The notes beneath the pieces were generated by a model that saw only the letters and a list, made by a program, of their open reading frames with translations, had not been told where the DNA came from and did no database searches. From Squalus acanthias (taxonomy: Eukaryota): a DNA stretch of 64,000 nt. Positions 47,801 through 59,800 of the stretch are shown here, in pieces (the first letter of the stretch is position 1; each line of letters starts with the position of its first letter). The position numbers and the translations under genes were made by a program. The stretch covers positions 139,192,001 to 139,256,000 of the forward strand of contig CM059432.1 in the NCBI GenBank assembly GCA_030390025.1, written 5' to 3'.

Positions 47801-50800
47801 AGGTTAGAAAAATCCAAATGAACAGAGAAAATGTTTAAGAACATAAAGTTGGAAGGTTTAAGAACAGTTAAGTTATTTTTGATCAAAAGGGAAGTAGAAA
47901 CTCTAGTGTGTCGCAGCAGCTAATTAATTAGTTCTAGCCACAGTAGAACGTCTGACAGGGAAAGCAAAGTACACGCAAGGTTAGCTGAAGTTAAGGGATT
48001 ACAACCAAAGAAAGCAGATGGCCAGTCATTGCATACATTGTGCTGATGACAGATTCTGTTAAATATCAGTACGGCTTTACTGTAATCACCAATACACCTT
48101 GCAATGGTACCTATCACAGTATCTTAAATCAAAGGTTATAAGGGCATTTTTGCCAAGTGGTTAAAAATTGGCAGCGACATATCACAGCATAGTCAATAAA
48201 ATGAAATCAAACACCGAGTTTGCTGCACATTTAGAAACAATAAGTACACAGAAATTAAAAATGACAAATACTTCAACCATGTGTTAAAAGAACAAAACCA
48301 ACTAAATCTTCCAGTCTCCCTCACTCAACTTCTCATTTCTAGTCTTCCATTTATTATTAACGTTTTATTGTGGCTGATTGCATCCTTTATGTAATTCAGA
48401 AACTCCCACCGGGAGTTAAACATGTGCGTTGGTGCAGAGAGAAGTGGAGGGAGATGCTGGGTATTTATCCCTACTGCGATATTCAGTGCATGTTATGGAT
48501 TGTAATTATAAGTCATGTTTTACTGGGGCGCAACAGGACAATAAAAATATTAAAACTACAGGAGTGTTTTGTGCATTGTTCGTAGCCGAGCATCAACAGC
48601 CCGTATACCAGGCCACCAAATGAGGCAGTGAAGCGGTCACACATGCACACCTCTTGGCGCCTGTTTTTGGATCAGATCTTCAGAACTTGCACTTTGACCC
48701 CTGCAAACAAAAAGCATGCAGTTCTGTGCATTGCGTAAACCTGACTACGCCTCCGACATACAACTGTTATAGATGCTCATTCAGTAATTAGACCAATAGC
48801 AGGTACAGCTGCCTGATAGCATCATAGAATCTCTCAGCACAGAAGGAGGCCATGCAGCCCATTGCGCCTGCTGATGAAAGAGCTGTCTGATTAGTCCCAC
48901 TCCCTAGACGATCGAGAAGCAAAAAAAAGGTCACACTGGGAGATCAGTGGGCCATTCTGCAACCCTTGTGTTTACCTGTGGGGTGCAGCTGCTTATTGGT
49001 CGGATTTCATTGCTAAGCGGCGCCATCGAGACCAACAGAGTGTAATTCTTGTTCAGGACTCTGCTGCAGGTGGCAGGATCCAATCCCAACAAGCTTTCGC
49101 AGCGCAACAGATCTAATGGAAAACCTGAAGCAGAACAATCGTGTCAGAAAACAAAAAATTTAATTCATAGAACCACTCCTTAAAAAAAAGACACATAATA
49201 GGTTCTCTATTATTGACTGGTGCCAGAAAAGATTATTGCCAAAGCATTTAATTCCCTAACTGGCTGTCATTTTAACAGGACTTTCCAATATACCAAGCAT
49301 GTAGTTATATAACTGTATACTAGTTATACTTCCAGCAGAGTTTGAAAAAAAAAAAATCAGAAACTAAATGGCTGAACTTTTCCAACCTCGATCTGGGGTG
49401 GAGCGGGGGGGATTAAAAACGATTAAAATTAGGCAAGCAATTAAAAAAGTAACAGTTCATTTAAACTATTCTTCAATCAATGAACACTTTTCATTACAAT
49501 GATTTTATATATGTAGTATAAAACTGGTTGGTCATGTTGACAAGTATAGAGACCCACAAGCTTCAAAACCAGTTTCTTCTGGGACTTCATCATATTGGGC
49601 CAGAAATTCATCTGTTGTCGGGTGAGTACGCGCTGTGTACTCACCCGTAAGGCCATCTGAAGTGCCGGATTCCTGCATGTACTGCGCATGCGCGGGAAAC
49701 CGGAACTTCCGTTCCCCTGAAGAGAGGGGTTCAGAAGTCGAACGCATGCGCGGAGCAGCGAACTTCGATTTTTTTTTCAGGTTTCTCTGGGAAGGTAAGT
49801 ATGAAGAAGCTGCGCTTTTAAAAAGGAGGCGTAAGGCCTGTTTTTAACAAGGTAAGTGATTAATTAATTACAATTTAATTTTTTTTTCAAACAGGTTTAT
49901 CTTTTTTAGATACTTTAAAGAAAGGTAAGTTTATTTTTAGCACCGTTAGAAAGTATAATTAATTTTTTCAAAAATTTAAATTTTTGTTTAAAGTAGTTAA
50001 TTTATTTAACTTAGTTATTTTAAAAATGTGATGTTTTTTTAAAATTTATTTGAAGTTTAAGTGTAGTTTTGGGGCCGATCTCTATTCACAGATTTGACAG
50101 GTCTTCCGGTCAAATCTATGAATGAAAATGCCCTGCTAGGATTAGCTCTCCATGGCCCACGTGATCCCAGGGGACGCTTCAAACTAACTGCGCCCCTGGG
50201 ATACACGAGCACTGCGCGCCGGCAGCTGGAGGAGGCCCAGGACCCGAAGTCCTCGTGGGCCCAAAGCACAACTGCAGGCGCGGTAGGCAAGTACGCGTGC
50301 GATGCTTGCACCCGCAGGAAGCCGGAAAGCTGAATTTCTGGCCCATTAACTTAACACAGATGTGGAAATAACACGCAATCACTTTTTAGCCTCCACAAAC
50401 TGCATCTCATTCAGAATACTGCTGCCCATGTTCTTACCCACTGAAAGCTCCTCTTGCCCTTGGCAAGCTCCAATGGCTCAGCTTGCCTCTAAGGACCAAC
50501 TTCAGGATCATTGTCCTTACCTTCAATTCACCACATCTTCACCCATTCTATCTAGTGACCTCCTGTAACCACCCCACCCCCACACCCGACTTGCACCCTT
50601 TGCTCCTCAGACACTGGTCCACACCTCTGCCCATCCTCTTTGTTCCACTATTGGTAACCACTTTTTCCAGCCACTGTGACCCTGCCCTCAAGCTCCCACT
50701 TAAAATCCCCCCGCCTTACCTTCCCCCTGCTTTCAAAAGCCTAGTGCAAGACTTTATTCTTCAGCCACACTCAGCCCTGCCCCAAGGTCCACACTACCCA

Positions 50801-53800
50801 TTCTTTCTCCCCCGTCCAATGCCCACTTTCTTCTCTGTAAAATACAGACATCTTACCAATCTAAGGAGTGCTATATAAATGTAAGTTATCATTGAACCAC
50901 TAATAATACTTTCCTGGCATGAATCTCTCAACAATAATCAGAAGTCAATCCCAATTTTAAAGCATGCTAAAATGGATTTGAACATTTGCTGATTAACTTT
51001 ACATAGAATGTACAGCACAGAAACAGGCCATTCGGCCCAACTAGTCCATGCCTGTGTTTATGCTCCACATGAGCACCCTCCCACCCTACATCACCTCACC
51101 CCATCAACATAATCTTGCATTCCTTTTTCCCCTCGTGTTTATCCAGCTTCCCCTTAAATGTATCTATGCTATTCCCCTCAACTACTCCATGTGGTAGCGA
51201 GTTCCACATTCTAACCACTCTCTGGGTAAAGATGTTTCGCCTGAATTCCCTAATGGATTTATTGGTGACTGTCTTATATTTATGGCCCCAAGTTTTGGTC
51301 TCCCCACAAGTGGAAACATCTTTATGTCTACCCTATCAAACCCCTTGATAATCTTAAAGACCTCTATCAGCCTTCTCTTTTCTAGAGAAAAGAGCCCCAG
51401 CCTGTTCAATCTTTCTTGATAGTTACAATCTCAGTGTTCTGGTAGCATCTTTTTAAATCATTGTATGCACCTTCTCCAGTGCCTCTATATCCTTTTTAGA
51501 ATATGGAGACCAGAACTGTGCACAGTACTCCAAGTGTGATCTAACCGAGGTTCAATACAAGTTTAACAGAACTTCACTGCTTTTCAATCCTCTCTCTCTA
51601 GACATGACAAAAGTAACATCCAGTAAAATGATAGCTATAGTGATTAAGTCTTAAACTAATGTTTAACCACAGTAAAGTGACCATTGCATCCTTTTAAAAG
51701 AAAAAAATTAGGCTTTTGAACAATTACTTTCAACAGAGTATAAATCCTACCATTGTTTGGCTGTTCATCATCTGTAACTAGCTCCTTATTATGTCGCAGG
51801 AAAAGTATAGTGTTTCTCAGGGTTAGTGCATGATCAAAATACCTCTGGGCTTCCCCCTCACCAGTGTTTTGAACCTTAAATATAAAACAATCTGGTTACT
51901 CGGTGTTTCTAAACTGCATTAAAAACAAAACGTTTGAAACAAAATGACTGCACTATGGTGACAATCAGGGCCCGCTGGTCTTCAACAGGGGGAATAAGTC
52001 AAATTCCATTTTTATCACACGAGATTCCATGATTTTGTAACTGATATTTAAGGGGTTGCAAATCATTAATCCTTCCAACTTTTCTGTGAAAACTGCAAAC
52101 CAGTGGCCTTGGGCACAATATAAATGTAAACACATCATGGAAGTTGAAGAGAAGTCCCCGCCACTTATGCTAGTGCCAGGCAATTTCCCATCACCATAGG
52201 AGTCAATTACAAAGGCACCGCTTACAAGGTATTGAGCATGCCAGCTATTTCAGGCAATTCAATAAGCTTTTTACAACTCCTTAAAGGGAGAGTACCTCAA
52301 ATACTTAATCCTCTCTGCTGACCATTGTAAACGCTCCGATGATTTCAGGCAAAGTGAAGTGTTTCTTAAATGTCTTTCAGCTTGTACTGCTAACTATTCA
52401 CCTGGTATGTAGGAGCAAAGTGCCTCAGTGTTGCAGTACAGTCAGACACTGCGACCAGTTTGCATCAGGGGGCGGGGTGAGATAGTGGCTGATTGTCGAG
52501 ATTACCTGCATTTACTCATTGTAGGGGCTTGATTTTTATTGTCCGGACTCTCCTCTTTAGGATGTTAATGACCCTCCTTGGCCTCACCCCTCCCCATCTC
52601 TGTATCCTCCTCTAGCCCTACAACCCTACAAGGTCTCTGTGCTCCTCCAATTCTGGCTTTTTGCACATCGCCTTCGCTCCACCACTGGCGGCCGTGCCTT
52701 CAGCTGCCAAGGCCTCAAGCTCTGGAATTCCCTCCCTAAACCTCTCCGCCTCTCTACCACTCTTTCTTCCTTTAAGTCACTCCTTAAAACCTACCTCTTT
52801 GACCGAGCTTTTGGTCACCTGTCCTAATATTTCTTTGTGGCTCGGTGTCAAATATTTTTCTGATAATCGCTCCTGTGAAGCACCTTGGGATGTTTTACAA
52901 TGAGAATGGCGCTATATAAATGCAAGTTGGTGTTGTTTACTCCTACATGAACAAGGTAGAGCTGAAAAAATGTGCTTTGGTGCAATTTTGGGCTGGGTAC
53001 TATAGCGATACTGACACGGTCTTCATTCGGGACTTCAGTTTTACACCACACTGCGTACAGCGGGCAAATCGTGTCAACACCAATGCGTCCTCTATAAGCA
53101 GTGGAAACTGTACCATAACTAAACTTGGTCCAATATATTATACTGTTGATAAAATTGAGCTCTGTATGGCTTTGCTATATTCTAAACAAAATAAGCACTT
53201 TTCTAAAGATGAATTTAAATTTTAATAGTGATTTGAGAAACCTCAAATAAAATTTTGAATGACTGAAATAACTGAATTTTCAATTTAATATTTTAAAGCC
53301 TCCTCTGTTCTATCAGTTTGCAACCTAAAGCTGTATACGGTATTGACTCTCGATCTAAATTATAATTGTCATTGTCACAGCTGCAAATGTACTAGAATAC
53401 AGAAACTTTGCATTCTATTCAGCTCATAAAATAGAGAATCTTTTTGCTGGTTTGATCGAACATGCAATGATGCCCAACAAAAATATGATATCACATTATA
53501 ACGTGAATTGAATGTAGGGGGCATGATTAAGAAGTTTGCAGATGGCTTGCATCCCAGGTTGCTAAGGGGATTGGGGGAGGAGATAGAGGAAGGGTTTGCC
53601 ATAATTTTCCAATCTTCCCTGGATGCGGGGGAGGTGCAAGGGCAATCCTAGTAACTACAGGCCGGTCAGTCTAACATCAGTGGTGGGTAAAGTTTTAGAA
53701 ACAATAATCAAGGAAAAAATTAACGGGCACTTGGAGAGGTTTAAGCTAATTAAGGAGAGCTAACACGGATTTGTAAATGGCAGATCGTGTTTGACTAATC

Positions 53801-56800
53801 TAATTGAATTTTTTGACGAAGTAACAGGGAGGATTGATGAAGGGAATGCAATGGATGCTGTCTACATGGATTTTAGGAAGGCGTTTGACAAAGTACCACA
53901 TAGAAGGCTGGCTAACAAAATTGAGGCACATGGAATAGGTGGGTCAGTGGCAGCTTGGATAAGGAATTGGCTTAAGGACAGAAAACAGCGAGTTGTGGTA
54001 AATGGCTGTTTTTCAGACTGGAGGATGGTAGACAGTGGTGTTCCCCAAGGGTCAGTGCTGGGGCCACTGCTTTTTTTGATGTATATAAATGACCTGGATA
54101 TTGGAATACAAAGTAGAATTTCTAAATTTGTCGATGACACCAAACTTGGGCTTGTGGCAAACAGTGAGGATGATACCAATCGACTGCAACAGGACATAGA
54201 AAGGCTAGCAGAATGGGCAGACAAGTGGCAGATGGAATTTAATACAGAGAAGTCTGAGGTGATGCATTTTGGCAGAAGGAACAGGGAGAGGCAATATACA
54301 CTTAAAGGCACAGTTTTAAAGAGTGTGCAGGGACAGAGGGACCTGGGAGTTAATGTGCATAGGTCCCTGAAGGTGGCAGGACATATTGAGAGATTGGTTA
54401 ACAAAGCATATGGGATCTTGGGCTTCATAAATAGAGGTATTGAGTACAAAAGTAGAGAAGTTATGCTGAACCTTTATAAAGCGCTGGTTACGCCACATTG
54501 GAGTTTTGGTCACCACACTTTAGGAAGGATGTGAAGGCCCTCGAGAGGGTGCAGAGGAAATTTACCAGAATGCTTCCGGGGATGGGGGGGGATCTTAGCT
54601 ATAAGGACAGGTTGGAGAAGCTGGATTTGTTTTCATTAGAGCAAAGGAGGTTGAGGGGTGATTTGATAGAGGTGTACAAGATTATGACGGGTTTGGATAG
54701 GCTAGACGGGGAAAGGCTGTTCCCGCTAGTTGATGGTACAAGAACTAGGGGACACAGATTGAAGGTTTTGAGCAAGAGATACAGGGGGGGATGTGAGGAA
54801 AAACTTTACGCAGCGAGTGGGAGGAGGACCTGGAACTCGCTGCCGACGGGAGTGGTGGAAGCGGAGACACTCAATGTTTTCAAGGGGAGACTGGATAGGC
54901 ACTTGAGGGAAATAAACTTGCAGGGCTATGGGAATAGAGCGGGGGAATGGGACTGACTGGATTGCTCGACAGAGAGCCGGCACGGACACGATGGGCCGAA
55001 TGGCCTCCTTCTGTGCCGTTATGACTATGACTAAAATCAGCTGTGTGGTTGATAATGAAGAAGAAAGCTGTAACAAGGCAAGGGAATACACATTAAATGG
55101 TAGGACACTGAAGTGTAGAGGAACAAAGGGACCTTGGAGTGCAGGTCCACAGATCCCTGAAGGTAGCCGGCCAAGTAGATAAGGTGGTTAAGAAGGCATA
55201 CGGAATACTTGCCTTTATTAGCCAAGGGATAGAATACAAGAGCAGGGAGGTTATGCTTGAACTGTATAAAACACTAGTTGGGCCACAGCTAGAGTACTGC
55301 GTGCAGTTCTGGTCACCACATTACAGGAAAGATGTGATTGCTCTAGAGAGGATACAGAGGAGATTTACAAGGATGTTGCCTGGACTGGAGAATTTTAGCT
55401 ATGAGGAAAGATTGGAATTGCTGGGTTTGTTTTCTTTGGAACAGAGTAGGCTGAGGGGAGACCTTATTGAGGTGCATAAAATTGTGAGGGGCCTAGATAG
55501 AGTGGATAGGAAGGACCTATTTCTCTTAGCAGAGGGGTCAACAACCAGGGGGCATAGATTTAAAGTAATTGGTAGGAGGTTTAGAGGGGATTTGAGGGGA
55601 AATTTCTTCACCCAGAGGGTGGTGGGGGTCTGGAACTCACTGCCTGAAAGGGTGGTAGAGGCAGAAACCCTTACCACATTTAAAAAGTGCTTGGATGTGC
55701 ACTTGAAGTGCCGTAACCTACAGGGCTACGGACCAAGAGCTGGAAAGTGGGATGAGGCTGGATAGCTCTTTGTCGGCCGGCGCGGACACAATGGGCCGAA
55801 ATGGCCTCCTTCCGTGCTGTATATTTCTAATTCTATGATTCTATGAAAATAGTCTTCATGTACATTGTCACACATCATAGAATCATACAGCACAGGAGGC
55901 CGCCATTCGGCCCATTGTGCCTGTGCCAGCTCTTTGAAAGAGCTTTTCAATCAAGTATTTATCCAATATCTTTGAAAATTACTATTGAATCTGCTTCCAC
56001 CACCATTTCAGGCAGCGCATTCCAGATCGCAACAACTCGCTGCGTAAAAAAATTCACCTCATCTCCCTCTGGTTGTTTTGCCAATTACCTTAAATCTGTG
56101 TCCTCTGGTTTCCAACCCTCCCTGCCACTGGAAACAGTTTCTCCTTATTTACTCTATCAAAACTCATTATTTTGAACTTATGGAATACTTTAAGGCTAAT
56201 TGTAGTAACCTCTCCCCAATAACAGTAACATCTCCCTAATAACACATACCTTTTCAAGTTCCACAAGGAAGCTGTCCAGTGACTCATCTGATAACTTCCC
56301 AACTTCAAACATCGTGACAGCATGGCTCTTCAGGTTCTGCAGAAAAAGCAATGAAACATGAACAAAACAAACACAAATACAGACAAGAAACTATTCACAT
56401 TAAAAATGTCAAACGTTTGCAGTAATGCCATGTGGAAAATGGTCCAAAATTTACCCTACATTTCTAAAGCGGTTATTAATTTGGTGAAAACTAGCTCATG
56501 CTATTTAGCAGCTCCAACATACACAAGGCCAGAATTTCATACAACATCGAAGCAACTGCAGCACTGTAACAAATATTGTTGATCTGGGACACTTGGTTCC
56601 TTTTCCTCACCCCTTACTTGGAGTTGAAGGACTACAACGTTGAAATTTCACGTGTAGATTATTATTATGCCACATCATCAAATCCCACTCCAGGAACTGG
56701 AGCACATAATCATGGCTGATACCCCAGTGCTGTACTGTCGGAGGTGACGCTAAACCGAGGACCCGTCTGCCCTCTCGGGTGGACTTAAAAGATCCCACGG

Positions 56801-59800
56801 CACTATTTTGAAGAGCAGGGGAGTTCTCACCGCTGTCCTGACCAATATTTATCCCTCAACCAACATCACGAAAAGCAGATTATCTGGTCATCATCATATT
56901 GCTGCTTGTGGGAGCTTGCTGTGCGCAAACTGGCTGCTGCGTTTCCTACGTTACAACAGTGACTACACTTCAGAAGTACTTCATTGGCTGTAAAGCGCTT
57001 GGAGACGTCCTGAAAGGAACTATATATATGCGCAAGTCTTTCTTTGATATAATAGTACTAATCGCTATACAACAAGGAAGGAAGATTTTAAGACACTTCA
57101 CCGGTGAAAGGTTTCCCATCATTAAAAACGCTGTAAGGGTTGAATCAAACAGGAAGGCGATTCGTTTAGTGTGTCCACTGGGCATGCTCAGACTGTTCAC
57201 GCTAGCAGAGTCAGCTGAAAATCAAGAAAACAATGATCGCTTAAACCCAAAATAAAGTTATAGACACACAACAAAGCTAGCAAAATACTTGAATGACCTG
57301 TGAGCTCTGATCTGCAAAGGGCACGACATATGGAACTTCATTGCAAACTAGACTTCTTCACGAAATTTATTGCAGATTTTTTCTGTTCTTCACTTTACGG
57401 TGAAGTGTTTGAAGGCTTGAAAAACCCAAAAGATTAGAAAGACATTGAAGGACAATGGCCCAGATTTTGCGCTGGTAATGACGCCGAAACCGTCAGCGTT
57501 TGCCGTCATTACTCCTCTCAAAGTGACAGCAACTTCTGGAATCAGCACATGCGCAGATAAACGCAAAAACCCAGAAGTTGCGGTCAGTCATTCCCTGCTC
57601 CTCCACAGGTTGCGCTGTGGAACTTCCCAGAGCCGGCAATCAATTCAAATCATAGTTCCTGACGAAAACTTCCCCCATTGTACTGGAATATCACTATTAA
57701 ACCCCCCTGAAAAGTTAAGCCTTGTTGAAAGAGGTGTAACTGGGTTCTTAACAGCATATTGACTGCTGAACAACCGTTCTGGCCCTGAAAAACTAATTTC
57801 ATATTTGCGGAATGTCAAATTTTTCCAATAATATGATAATTACATGGTTTTTAATATAATTTTTTTTTAAAGTTTGTTTATGATATTTCAGCTTCTATCT
57901 TAATCCTATGTGCCTGTCTCAAACTTTATTTCGCTCTCTGTAAAATTTATAAAAAGTAAATTATAATCTGTGCATTTTACTTCCTGGTTTGCTGTCTGAG
58001 AATCCTTCAATGTGATTGGCTGCTTAGCCAGCTTGACGCCATCACTGTTGCTGGACGCTGGAGATTCATTTGATTTGGTGCCAGATTCAAACTGAGGTCG
58101 GGAGAGCTGAAATTCAGGCCACAGAGATCATTAGATCTTTGTGGGCAGCTTTCTTTGAGGTCAGCGGCCAGCGGCCAGCGCCGTTGCTTCGCCGCTGACC
58201 GCAAATTCCGGGTCTATGTCTTTAAAGTGCAAATCGGACACAGTTTGCTTTGCTTTTAAGTGCAATAGCTTTTTAGGACAAGTCACCACATACATTGAGA
58301 ACAATTATCAAATAAGTTATCAAAATGTATGAACATTGTTCAGTACCACATGTTGTAAATATGATAAAACTAACTCCAAGTCACATACTAACCTATGTCT
58401 TCTTGACTAGCTGTATCAGTGTCTGTTGTTGATGACGTTACATCATGCACAGGACTCCGGTTTTCCGTCCCATCCCACGACAGCAGCATCTTCTGTGGGT
58501 CCATTGCACACCTGCATGAAGCAACAAAGCACCACTGATATTAACACAGCTTTGGGTGGAGTTCTACTTAAACAACTACAAAGTTGCACACTTGGAATTT
58601 GTTATGTGCTCAAGTTTAAAGAATGTTTATTTCACTGAAGAAAATAAGTGATAGAAACTATGCAGAGTGTTTTATAGGCGTTTACTACAGTAACTGATTA
58701 CTATAAATCTTGGTCTCAAATCTACCATCCATTTTTGCCTCTTATTTCCAGCGGCAGTCAGTGCTGAACACTGGTTTGAAACACATCCATTAAAAACAAG
58801 AGCTGGAATTATTAGTGTGTTCTGCATTTCATACTTCAAACACATGACCAGGTGGTACAATACAGACAATATAAATATTCTAACAAATATCAATCGAGTT
58901 TAAACACAAAAGCAAAATACTGTGGATGCTGGAAATCTAGAGTTTAACATTGGATGCAAAATGTATTTTGAAAATTACAGGCAAAACAGTGGAAAGGAGA
59001 GGGGGAAAAGAACAGGAAAGGCCGGGCACCCCAGGCAGCAGAAAAAGGATAGAATTACAAAAGAAAGGATTTTTAAAAAATGACAAAGACTGCAAATGAA
59101 GAACTTTAAATAGCTTGTACAGTGAAGTGTACTAAACAGATATCAAAGCACTGAACTGGGTTCTGACAGCAATGCATTAAACCCCATTTCTTTCAGACAC
59201 ATTTGCAAAACATTAGCTGATAAACATTTAATTTTTATTTTCCCCGGTATCAACAGAACTGATCATCAAATTTTGTATTGCAGCGAAAAGATTTTATAGA
59301 CAGAAATGCTCTTAAGCAGGATTTGATCTGTTAAGAAATTCTTAAGTTCCATAATCTTGTGTATATATAGCTTCAGCAGCTCAGGACACTCGTTCATAAA
59401 GATGCAAAATAAAACAAAGTCTGATCTGTTAACGGAACATGCCAAAACAAACAGCACTTACCAGGTTTTCCTTCGCCAAATCCATATTGGTGCAAGCAAA
59501 AAATTATCAGAATAAACTTCAAAGCATCATCCCCATAAGAGCAATAAAAACCAACAGGTGTAATGCGAAATATCCTTCACTCCAAGGAGCAAAGACTATT
59601 TTATCTGTATCTCATTGGTGTATACATGTTTATAGACTGCAGCTTTCTTTTCAAAAGCCAAGTTCCGGGGTCTGGTTCATCTTTGGTGTGTGGTGGCAGC
59701 CATTTTCAATTAAGTGATGTTGTAGCTTGTACAATCGAAAGAACAACCGTGTGCACTTCAATATGCGAGTGCAGCTCGTTAATGATTAAATGAAAGACTG

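Noticed and set aside
48651..48700. Possible 50-nt poison cassette exon in FAM91A1 (tttgtttgcag|...GAG|gtgtgc)
   Set aside because: The donor is weak, such pseudo-exons are common by chance, and nothing else in the sequence supports it.
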